Positions 36,051-46,940 of a stretch of 64,000 nt of DNA are shown one piece after another (position 1 is the first letter of the stretch; every line of letters starts with the position of its first letter). Source of the DNA: Squalus acanthias (lineage: Eukaryota). Location: positions 24,180,001-24,244,000 of the forward strand of contig CM059431.1 of NCBI GenBank assembly GCA_030390025.1. The letters are read 5' to 3'. A program made the position numbers and the translations under genes. The notes below the pieces were generated by a model that made no database searches, was not told the DNA's origin, and was given only the letters and a program-made list of their open reading frames with translations.

Positions 36051-37159
36051 CCTGTCAAGTTGTCTAAAAACATTATTTTCTGAAAAAAATCTAATTAATT
36101 AATTTGAATGAATCAACATAATCTCCTTCCACCGTCTCCATAGGGAGCCCATTCCATTGTGGTGTCCTCTGGTTTTACTGTTCTGGACAAGTTGAAACAG
36201 CTCGTCATGGTCTACATCATCTAGTCCCTATAAAGTCCTAAAAACAGTAATCATGTCACCTCAACCTACTCTTTTCAAGTGAGAACATGTCCAATTTACG
36301 TAATCGATAGTCATAATCTAATCCCTCCATCCCCTCAATCATTTTGGTTGACCTCTTCTGTATGCTTTCAATGGCTGCAATTTCCTTTTTGTACTGCAGT
36401 GATCAGAACTGCACACAGTATTCTAAATGCGGTCGCATTACTGATTTATAAAGTGGCAGAATTGCCTCACTCTTTTGGCTCAATATTGATCTTTTAATGC
36501 ATCCGAACATCTGATTTGCTTTACTCATTGCTCCGAGCATTGTTCCGATAGCTTCGATTTATTGCCAATCAGGGCCCCCCAGGTCTCTTTCATTTTCTAT
36601 ACACATTACTTTCTTTCCATTTTAGTAATAGTTCCTTCCTGGATTTTTTTCTCCCCATGTAAGCACTTTACATTTCTCAACATTGAATTTCATCTGCCAA
36701 CTGTTAGCCCAATTTCTCAAGTATATTCAAATTCTCCTGTGGCTTATCCTGTTCAGCTTTGCAGTCTTCCACCTTTATTAGCTTTGTATCACCTGCAAAT
36801 TCAGCCACTGTACTTGTGACTCCTCGTTCCAGATCATTTATGAAGATAATAAACAAAAGAGGTCCCCAAACAGACCCCTGTGGGACCCCACTGGCAACAT
36901 TCTCCCAGGCTGATGACAATCCCTGTATCACCACCCTCTGGGTTCTATCGGTCAACCAATTACGTATACATTGTGGAATATTTCCACTGATCCCCGTTTT
37001 ATTTTCAGTCCCAGCCTTTCCAGAGGAACTGTATCAAAGGCCTTAAGTGAAGTCCAAGTACACCACATCCACTGCCTTATCCCTATCAAGTTTCTTTGTC
37101 ACAACCACAAAGAAAACCAGTGGCAGATTGGCAAGAGCTCCCCTTCAAGAACCTATATT

Positions 37160-38752
37160 GGCCCAGATTTTGCGGTTAGCGGCGAAGGAACGGTGCTCGC
37201 CGTTCACCACGCTGACAGCTGCCCATAGAGTTTTCGCGGGCTTTTGAGCGGAGACTTGCTGTCATTGGGCATCTGATCCAGCGCTGCGCCTTCTACAGGG
37301 GATCTGTAGCGTGTTTGAGTAGGGCAAGTAACAGCGTGGCTCTTCAACCAATCAGATTGAAGAATCCTCACTGAGACATGCAGGGCTGGATTTTGAAGTT
37401 GGAGTCGGGAATCACACATTCTGGCTTGTGAACCCGCCTCCATCGAGATGTGGCCAACCCACTGTATTTTCCCTTGATTGACCTTGTTGAGCCCGCCCAG
37501 TGGGCTCAGCAGGCCAGTTAAGGGCCACCCGGCAACAGGTGACGTCACAGACTGACATTTCATCTATCAAGAGCTTTTGACAGATGAAATATCAGCGTTT
37601 GACAGCTCTGTGAAGCTGTCAAACACTCACAATATGATTTCTAACTTCAGTCCTTCCTTTCAGGCTGAGTTAGAAATCATTCCACCACAGAAATCAGAAG
37701 GCTGCTGTTTTTGACAGGTCCACGGCTTTCCTGCTTTCTGTGCCGGTGAGATTTCTAACTCCCGAGAACTGAAGGGCTGACACCTGCAGGAGGAAGTTAA
37801 GGTAAGTAAAACTTTTTCCAACACTTAGCACTTACCTTACACACTTACCTCTGCACACATGCACCCATCACTCACCTGCCCACCGGACATATCGACCCCT
37901 CCAACCCCTGCAGACCCACGGCCCGCCCCGATAACTTGGAGTGTTTGCCACCTGTTGGGAAGCGCACACTTTTCCTTTGAAAATAGGGATTATGCAAAAA
38001 ACTGCCTGTTAACTACCTGTTAACAGGCAGTTAATTGTCAGTAATCCCTTCCCGCCTCGGGGAGTCGGGTCTCAGCACAGGTCGGGTACCCGCCGCCAGA
38101 GAAACTGGCACGGAGGCGGGTTGGAGTTGGGATGGGGTCGGGACCCCCGAATCTGCAACTTTAACCCCACCCCCCACCCCGACTCCAAACCCGACTCCAC
38201 GGGTCATTCAAAATCCAGCCCGCAGAGTCTAAACCAGAAAGTATAAATTAGATTTAAATCATGTACAGAAAGTAAAATAAAGAGTGGGAAAGAAAGATGG
38301 GATTAAAAGAGAGAGAGAAGAGGCAGAAAGAAAAAGTAAAAAAAATAATTTTCATAAAAAAAAATCTACAACACTAATTAAATTCTGAAGGAATGAGACT
38401 CCACACTTGTAAAATTACATTTTCAGTGGCAGAGAGGTTGTTTAGCAGTAAGTATGATTTATCACACAGTTAAAAATTCACTTACACGTGAATGCACCAG
38501 CCCTAACATTTTCTACTGTGTTTAGTGGATAACTGGTGGGTAAGTACCGCAACTCCACGCCCTTACATTGATTTCAATGCCGAGTCTATCGGCGAGGTAC
38601 TGTTATAGCGCAGCCTGTGGGGGAGCAGGGTAACTTGGACAGCAACTTCTGGATTTCCACCTTTAACTGCACATGAATTGCTGTCTGATTTACTCCATAA
38701 TAACAGTGAGCGTTGATAGCCTCGCCGTTATTCTAAACGGCAAATCCTAGCC
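37160..38752. mobile_element. Non-autonomous Harbinger-type element (32689 family, opposite orientation) with nested insertion
   Basis: Begins ggcccagattttgcggttagcggcgaaggaacgg (rc of 33260-33295); ends ...ctcgccgttattc...caaatcctagcc; flanks ATT/TTT. Confidence 0.8.
37383..38221. mobile_element. Nested non-autonomous Harbinger-type element
   Basis: Perfect 15-bp TIR gggctggattttgaa / ttcaaaatccagccc, TSD GCA. Confidence 0.88.
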
Positions 38753-39153
38753 TTTTTATTTTATTTCTATCTAGATGCTCCATGATCTCATCTTTAATCA
38801 GGATTTCCATAATTTTACATGCAATGGATGTCAAACTCACTGGTCTGTCGATCCTTAGTCATTCTTGCTACCTTTTTTATGCGCATGTTGGGTAGAGGTT
38901 ATGATTGGGTTTGCCTACAATTGTCTCCATGGTTGAAAAGAATAGCTTGCCAATATACACTGCCAAGGTTCACATGCAAAGGATGGCTGTGTAAGTTATT
39001 AGTGGACTGATGGCACTTATGGAACCATCTCTCAGTTTTCAGAAGGGGAGCAAAAGGGAAATTATCGTAATCAGAAGGGAAAAGGAACCAATCGTGGTCA
39101 GGCAATGTGAAGCATATACAGCACACTTGTGTATACATGCCTTTATAATTTAA

Positions 39154-39327
39154 GAGGTCGCACAACACCAGGTTATAGTCCAACAGTTTTATTTGAAATC
39201 ACAAGCTTTCGGAACTATCGCTCCTTCCTCAGGTGATTTCAAATAAAACTGTTGGACTATAACCTGGTGTTGTGCGACCTCTCAATTTTGTCCACCCCAG
39301 TCCAACACCGGCATCTCCGCATCATGA
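39154..39327. mobile_element. Penelope-like pLTR inverted-repeat insertion
   Basis: Arms 39153-39202 / 39233-39282 perfect (50 bp) plus tail; TTTATAATTTAA duplicated at 39142-39153 and 39328-39339. Confidence 0.85.
39199..39236 (-). ncRNA. Hammerhead ribozyme motif closed by a long helix I
   Basis: rc ...tcac-CTGAGGA-a-ggagc(gata)gttcc-GAAA-gcTT-gtga... Confidence 0.75.
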
Positions 39328-39609
39328 TTTATAATTTAAAACATGAGTCGGATTTCCAGGCAAGAGGACCACAAAGACATTTGGCACAGACTTCAATGAA
39401 CTAGGAAACTGAGCATGCCAACAATGTAACTTTGATCAAGTCTGAATGATGACAGCAAATCACTCCATTTCAAGATGTGCTAAAGCAATCTACATAAATG
39501 AGAGATGTAAAGTACAAATGTAGACCAATTGTTACTTTTTTTCCTAATACTAGCTGATTTCCCATAGCGCTGCAAAAAACTGTCTTTAAAAATGATCTCC
39601 GACAACAAA

Positions 39610-41414
39610 TGTGAGGAGCTCATGGACTTCTTTCTCTAAGATTGAGACCGTCAATTCAGCTGCCTGTGCCACTTCCCTTCCTTCCCCTAGCCCACCAGGC
39701 CAAACTTCCTTTAAGGTCCCCCGCCCCCACCGCACTAGCCCTGAACTTGCTTCTTTCTCCAGTTTCTCTCCAATTTTCCCTCATGACCACTCCGCGCTCA
39801 TCTTGTCCAGGAGACCCACTTCCTGCTCCCTCGACCCTATTCCTACCAAACTGCTGACTACCCATCTTCCTTTTCTGGCTCCCATGTTAGCTGACATTGT
39901 TAACGGTTCTCTTTCCTCAGGTACTGTCCCACTCTCCCTCAAATCTGCCTTCATCACCCCTCTCCTCAAAAAAACAACCCTTGACCCCTCCATCCTTGCA
40001 AACTACTGTCCCATCTCCAACCTTCCTTTCCTCTCCAAAGTCCTCGAACGTGTTGTCGCCTCCCAAATCCGCGCCCATTTTTCCCGCAACTCCATGTTTG
40101 AATCCCTCCAATCAGGTTTCCGCCCCTGCCACAGTACCGAAACGGCATCAAAGTCACAAATGATATCCTTTGTGACTGTGACAAAGGTAAACTATTCCTC
40201 CTCGTCCTTCTTGACTTGTCTTCTGCCTTTGACACGGTTGACCATTCCATCCTCCTCCAACGCCTCTCCACCGTCGTCCAGCTGGGTGGGACTGCACTCG
40301 CCTGGTTCCATTCTTATCTATCTAATCGTAGCCAGAGAATCACCTGCAATGGCTTCTCTTCCAGCTCCCGCATCGTTACCTCTGGAGTCCCCCAAGGATC
40401 TATCCTTGGCCCCCTCCTATTTCTCATCTACATGCTGCCCCTTGGTGACATCATCCGAAAACACAGCGTCAGTTTCCACATGTACGCTGACCACACCCAG
40501 CTCTACTTCACCACCACTTCTCTCAACCCCACCACAGTCTCTAAATTGTCAGACTGCTTGTCCGACATCCAGTTCTGGATGAGCAGAAATTTTCTCCAAT
40601 TAAATATTGGGAAGACCGAAGCCATTGTTTTCGGTCCCCGCCACAAACTCCGTTCCCTAGCCACTAACTCCATCCCGCTCCCTAATATCTGTCTGAGGCT
40701 GAACCACACTGTTTGCAACCATATTTAACCCTGAAATGAGCTTCTGACCACATATCCGCAGCACAACGAAGACCGCCTTTTTCCACCTCCGTACCATTGC
40801 CCGTCTCCGCCCTTGCCTTAGGTCATCCACTGCTGAAACCCTCATCCATGCCTTTGTTACCTCTAGACTTAACTATTCCAACGCACTCCTGGCCAGCCTC
40901 CCACGTGCTACCCCACGTAAACTTGAGGTCATCCAAAATTCAGCTGCCGGTGTCTTAACTTGCACCAAATCCCATTCACCTATCACCCCTGTGCTCGCTG
41001 ACCTACATTGGCTCCCGGTTAAGCAACGTCTCAATTTCAAAATTCTCATCCTTGTTTTCAAATTGCCATTGCCTCGCCCCTCCCTATTGCTGTAATCTCC
41101 TTCAGCCCCACAACCACCCCCCCGAGATATCGGCGCTCCTCTGATTCTGCCCTCGAGTAACCCCTGATTATAATCGCTCAACCATTGGTGGCTGTGCCTT
41201 CTGTTGCCTAGGCAGCTCTGGAATTCCCTCCCTAAACCTCTCTTTCCCTCCTTTAAGATTTAAAACCAAGCTCTTTGACCACAGTTTTGGTCATCTGCCC
41301 TAATTTCTCCTTATGTGGCTCGGTGTCAATGTTTGTGTCTTATAATACTCCTGTGACGCGCCTTGGGACATTTTACTACGTTAAAGGTGCTATATAAATA
41401 CAAGTTGTTGTTGT
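39610..41414 (+). mobile_element. L2-clade LINE, 5'-truncated, frameshifted
   Basis: SCSLDPIPT, NYCPISNLPFLSKVLE, QSGFRPCHSTETA, SAFDTVDH, GVPQGSILGP, MYADHTQLY; tail gctatataaatacaag(ttg)n. Confidence 0.92.
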
Positions 41415-41477
41415 TTATCAGCCTCTACGTTTGTCTGGCAGGGTCTAATTTTAATGACTGTGTACATTTGTAACACT

Positions 41478-41664
41478 GGCCTTGAAATTATGCTGTGGAA
41501 TAATAGCGTACAAATGCTTAAAGTGTTTATCTGAAACTCCACTCTCTGCTACTTTAATGGAGGAATTAATCAATTTAAAATAATTAGGTTACGGGTCCAT
41601 TAAAGTAAGTGGATAAAGGAATTTCAGGCAAATGCGCTTATTATTTCAGTGTAACTTCAAGGTC
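41478..41664. mobile_element. Old fold-back MITE
   Basis: ggccttgaaattatgctg / cagtgtaacttcaaggtc termini, inner arms tactttaatgga / tccattaaagta, ACT on both flanks. Confidence 0.65.
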
Positions 41665-41843
41665 ACTATTTAAAACGGAGTTCATAAATCGTGTAAAGAT
41701 TGATAATGTAGGATAGGAAAAAAATGAAGTATTTAAAAATAGTAAAGAACATTAAGCATTATTCTGAATTAAAAGTTCTGATGCTGCTGTAGTCATTTGT
41801 AGGAATGAATAATCAGTTTGCTTTTTTTTTATTCGTTTACAAT

Positions 41844-42584
41844 GGCCCAAAAATTAGTGCCGCTACGCGGGAGTACGCACTGTGTACTCTCGCGTATTCT
41901 GTCTCCAATTGCCGGTTTTCTGCATGCACTGCGCATGCGCTGAAAACCGGCACTTGGTGAATTCAAAAGGGGGCGGTTCCTAGGTGAACCGCGTGCGCGC
42001 TACAGGCTGCGCGCACGCAGTGCACTTAGTGCTTTGGACGCGCAGGTAAGCATGGAAGATTTTAGACATAAAGAAAGGAGGTGTAAGACCCTCTTTTAAC
42101 AAGGTAAGTACTTAATTAAGTATTATTTTGAATTTTTTTTAACAGGTATATCTTTAGAGACTTTAAAGACAGGTAAGTTTATTTTTATAACTTTTTAAAA
42201 GATTTTAAATTTTTTCAAAAATTTAATTTTTTGTTTAAAATGGTTAATTTATTTAACTATACTTATTTTATTAATGTGATGGTTTTTCTTTAAAATTTAA
42301 TTGAGGTTTAGCTGTTCTTTTGGGGGGGTATAGCATTCATAGCTTTCACAGCCGTGCTGTGAAAGCTATGAATGAAAGATGGTGTGCTGCCATTGGCTCT
42401 AACTGAGTCACGTGATCCCACAGCTCGCACGAATTAACTACGCCTGTGGGATACGAAAGCACTGCACAGCTGCTGTCCAGAACATCAAGTTCGTGCGAGC
42501 TCGGACTGAAAAAGCCAGCGCGCAGTGAGAGATCGCGGGAAGGCCTTACCCTCGCATGAAGGCTCACTCACTAATTTTTGGGCC
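41844..42584. mobile_element. Non-autonomous Harbinger-type element with multi-hairpin interior
   Basis: 16-bp TIR ggcccaaaaattagtg / cactaatttttgggcc, TSD AAT; interrupts the LINE 3' end at 41822-41843 + 42585-42880. Confidence 0.88.
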
Positions 42585-42880
42585 AATATGTGGACAATGC
42601 TGCAAGGCCATATTTATTGCTCATTCTGAGTTTCTCTGAGAAGGTGGTGATGGCCCTTCTTCTTGAACCACTGCAGTCCTTGTGATGATGGTGCTCCCGT
42701 GATGGTGTTAGGGAGGGAATTCAAGATATGGACCCGATGGCAATTAAGAAATGCTGATATATGTCCAAGTCAGGATGGTGCGCGACTTTGGAGAGGAATG
42801 TGGAAGTGATGATCATCCCATGACATTGCCGCTCCAATCCTTCTCGGCAGTAGAGGTTGCAGGCTGGGAGGTGCAGTCGA
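42585..42880 (-). mobile_element. 3' end of divergent CR1-group LINE (family of 53045-55150)
   Basis: atttattgc..gagaaggtggtg..ttcttgaaccactgcagtcc..caagtcaggatggtg matches 53080-53340. Confidence 0.75.
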
Positions 42881-44124
42881 AGTTTGACTCAGATTGCGAT
42901 TTAAGCTCACTGTAAAACAGATTTTACTCGCTGCTTTTGGTTTTTAGGAGTATTTTTGAAAAATTGTTTTGATCTCTCTTTTAGCAGCGTGAGGGCCAGT
43001 GCTGAATTTTGAAGAGCAACCTCCAGAGAGAGCAGTAAATGAGTTAGATGCAGGAAGTTTCAGCTCCCCGGAGTGTAGAGAGGCAGCCTGGGCCATATTA
43101 GTTGTAGAGATAGTTGAAAAGGAGACGTGAGACTTGCTGAGGCCGTCCCAGGAGCCAGCTCACTGAAAATTTAAGATTGGCAGTGGTACTGCTGTTGGAC
43201 CTATGTGCACCATAAACACAATGAATTCAAAGCTCTGATTATTTTGTGTGAAAAGTGTAACTTCTTTTAGGAATGATGTGGCTGCAGAACAGCAATGGGG
43301 AACCTGGCTTATTTTTAGGTGTACATGATAGAGTAGCTGAATGTGTCATGGTGACTATATCTCAGATATGTGTTTAAATGTGTTCTTTTTGTCTAATGTG
43401 AGCAGTCAGAATAGGCTTTATGCAATAAGATTGGGGAGATAACAAAAGCAGAAAATAACCAATTAAAAAGGAGAAAAAAACAGGCAGACGTGATAGTCGC
43501 TAGTCGCAAAAAAAATTATATAGCAGATTTGGAGGCTGTAACTGTACAAGGCTCATTTACTTAAATTTTGTTTTACAGTATCGAATCCATATACATGATA
43601 TACAAGTCCCACATAAATAGGTTCATTCTCAAATCTGTAGATGCTAATCCATTCATTGTATAGTTAAACACTTTATTATTTACCAACTACAACATGCATT
43701 TTGTATCTTGTGTAAACACATAAATTATCAGATTTATTGAATTCAAGATTAAAACCTGCCACAATGGGATTTGAACTCCCTGTCCTCTGGGTTGCTAGTT
43801 CAGTACCATAACTACTAGGCGACTGTACCCTACTACCTACTCTCTACCTCCCCTGGAAGCATTGACTCATAATGAGGTGCAGTTCAATGGACACTGACAA
43901 GCCTCCAGTATTTCCTCCAATTGGCCACCTTTCATGTGAGCCTCGACAGTGAGTGTCAGTACGTTATTCAACAGTGAATATAGTGATCAGAAGTTGGAAC
44001 CTTAGCTGATATTTCTGGATCCCTGGGTCGAGTGAGGCCAAGTGTAGCATCTGACAAAGGGTTATACCTGAACTTTAACCTGTCTTTTCTCTTTACAGAT
44101 GCAGAGCTTTGGCTCCTGATTAAG

Positions 44125-44478
44125 CAATGCCTCAATATTCCCTCCATGGCCTCGCCCCTTCCTATCTCTGTAATCTCTTCCAGTCCTAGAGCCCTCCGAG
44201 ATCACTGCGCTCCTCCAATTCTGCCCTCGAGCATCCCCGATTTTAATCGCTCCACCATTGGCGGCCGTGCCTTCAGCTGCCAAAGCCCGAAGCTCTGGTC
44301 TTCCCTCCCAAAACCTCTCTGCCTCTCTTTCCTCCTTTAAGACGCTCCTTAAAACCTCTCTGCCCTAATATCTCCTTATGTGGTTCGGTGCCAAATTTTG
44401 TTTGATAATGCTCCTGTGAAGTACCTTGGGATGTTTTACTATGTTAAAGGCACTATATAAATACAAGTTGTTGTTGCT
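44125..44478 (+). mobile_element. L2 3'-end fragment
   Basis: Co-linear with 41020-41414 including (ttg)n tail. Confidence 0.85.
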
Positions 44479-44806
44479 GTGTGCCGTCTTTCGGATGAGA
44501 CATTAAACCGAGGCCCCGTCTGCTCTCTTAGGTGGACGTAAAAGATCCCACGGCACTATTTCAAAGAAGAGCAGGGGAGTTATCCCCGGTGCCCTGGCCA
44601 ATATTTATCCCTCAATCAACATCACTAAAACAGATTATCTGGTCATTACCACATTGCTGTTTGTGGGAGCTTGCTGTGTGCAAATTAACTGCCGCGTTTC
44701 CCACATTACAACAGTGACTCCACTTCAAAAGTACTTCATTGGCTGTAAAGCTTTGAGACGTCCGGTGGTCATGAAAGGCGCTAAATAAATGCAAGTCTTT
44801 CTTTCT
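44479..44806 (+). mobile_element. Deu-domain SINE (SacSINE1/AmnSINE1-like), 5'-truncated
   Basis: gtgccgtctttcggatgagac.ttaaaccgaggccccgtctg...aagatccca.ggcactatt...gaagagcagggg...; L2-like tail aaaggcgcta.ataaatgcaagtctttc. Confidence 0.85.
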
Positions 44807-46589
44807 TGTATTTCTAGAATTTTCCCTTTTGTTTCATATTTCCATCTTTTATTTATAGTCTCATTGCTACCTCTGTTGAAATCAGCTAACTCAGAATATA
44901 TCAGATTGAACCTAGACCATTCCTGGTGTGTACAGCTCAATACCACACCAGGCACTGCAGTTACCAACTGAGCCATCAGGAATTCATTTTTCCAGTCAGT
45001 CTAATAAGACTCCCATTTATATTCGTTGCTGTCACACATACTGTAATAGAATGACTGTCATCATTCAAACTTGAACGCAGTTACATTGTGTGCGTACTCA
45101 GTTTTCTCATCAATTGATGTCTGCTGGAAATGACAAAGTCGGGAATAGGTTATAAAGGATTTTCACATTTCCTCACTGTGTATTTTGTTTAAAAGTTATA
45201 GTCATATTACTCATCATCTGGAATGGGGAAATATTTGATGGCTTTATATGAGATAGTGTCAATACTCAATAAATGTCCCCTTTACATTACAGGGTTGTTT
45301 GCAACAGCACAGTTATATGGGTACAGGCTGCACATTATTTATAGCTAAGTCTAGATAATGAGGCCCACTGATTCTCTGACCATAGTAAGGATACCACTTA
45401 TGAGCATTTTCCAACATTAATCTTAAGGTATAACTTGTTTTTTAAACACCTCTTAAAATCACAGGTAAGTGAGAGGGGCCATTCAGCCTTTCTAGCTTAT
45501 CCTTCTATAACTGTAAACACTACTAATGACTTTGTTACACAATTGCCATCTCCTCAAAAGAGCATTTAAAAAAAAATTGAACTCATGCTTGCAATGAAAA
45601 AAATGTACAAAAATATTTCCACAACTTAATTCAATTAAACAAAAAAATTCTCCTTATAAAATATATTTCCTTTTATGCCACTATTAAAGTGTGAGGATCT
45701 TTGATTTATATGTGGGTCATGCTACATAACTGAGACTAGCAAATATTCATTTCATTCCATCTGTTTGGATTGAACTCATATTTGGAGGTCCTAGGGGCAA
45801 AAGGACTGTATTAAAGTATACTATGGCATTAAATCATTCTGTTTAATAAAATATCTGAATGCTGTAGATTAAACAACAAACGTCTGCTTATAACCGGAGG
45901 AAATACTCATGTGTAAAGTCCAAGATATAGGATTCCAATATAACATGGTTTCCAACGGTGAAGCAAGCCCTACTTTTCAACAAATGCATTTACTAAAAGG
46001 TTCAACTTTAATGAGCAGATCCAACTGTGCACATCATATTTTGTGGCTAACTCACTACCATTACTTTCCTAATATATTCAGATTAGCAAAAGACGATAGG
46101 CTGATGGATATTTATCCAATTCACACAACACAATCTGTACAAAGCACTCACACTAATAATTCCTCACCGCTGTCAGCAACAGTGAAAGGCTAATAAGCCA
46201 GCACTCGTTATCTGACAGGGGTATGCTTCAGCCACACAACAAAGCAGATTGTAATTAAGTTGGACCCAAATAGCTGACTGTGTTCTTGGTGATACCCAGC
46301 GGCTTTTGTTAATACACTGTCAGAAGATAATGGTGACAGATATTAGCCACTCTTTCTAAGAAAAGGTTTTAGTTGCAATTTTTTTCTCTGAATACTCAAT
46401 GTTACTGCGTTAGGCTTATTAACACTGCTTATAAACAATGCTTATACAAGTCAATGACAAGAGACAGTGTATTAAATGTATGGAAAGGTTCCACTGAATT
46501 AATGCTTGAACTGATGAGTCAAAATGAATATTGGGAAGTTTTTTTTTTAAGATCACAGCTTGGATTTATGGTTTAATTTATAAAAAAGC

Positions 46590-46940
46590 TATAGCTCCCT
46601 TAACTGCCCAGTGGGTAAATACACTGCCCAATGAAGATCCTCAGCAAAACAAAAAAGTCCCATGTTCGATCCCTACCCTGTTCCAAGTCCGCTGATCTCA
46701 TTGGGCTGGGATGGGAGGGGGTTTAGGGGGCTAATAATTGGCGTCAGTGCTCCTAGGTGAGGGAGGCAGGTTCCTGTTCACTATCCTACTAGGAAGTGGA
46801 CTTCAGGCAGGATCAAGCTTGGCTGTGACACCAATACAGTCGAATAACCTCCTGATATTTACTGCCTTGGCTCGTACATGATGAATGACTAATTCAGCAA
46901 AGTACTGGAGGGCTGTTGGTGCTATGGAGTCATACTGCAG
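46590..46940 (+). mobile_element. SINE family A copy
   Basis: gcccagtgggtaaat A-box-like and gttcgatccc B-box-like motifs, then shared body. Confidence 0.6.

Larger units (their letters stand above)
36085..39030 (-). mobile_element. Old CR1 LINE, split by the Harbinger element 37160-38752
   Basis: SGVPQGSVWGPLLFIIFINDL / FAGDTK at 36704-36955; RT sequence resumes after 38752 with RPVSLTSIACKIME-like motif. Confidence 0.8.

Noticed and set aside
31323-39327. Recurrent palindromic repeats as a CRISPR-like array
   Set aside because: Copies are kilobases apart, each has its own TSD, there is no repeat-spacer periodicity and no cas genes; this is a eukaryotic intron
44996-45064. Possible intronic C/D-box snoRNA (ATGATGA...CTGA on the minus strand)
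   Set aside because: No terminal stem or recognisable rRNA guide, and the C-box-like motif is part of the repeat also found on the opposite strand at ~39445
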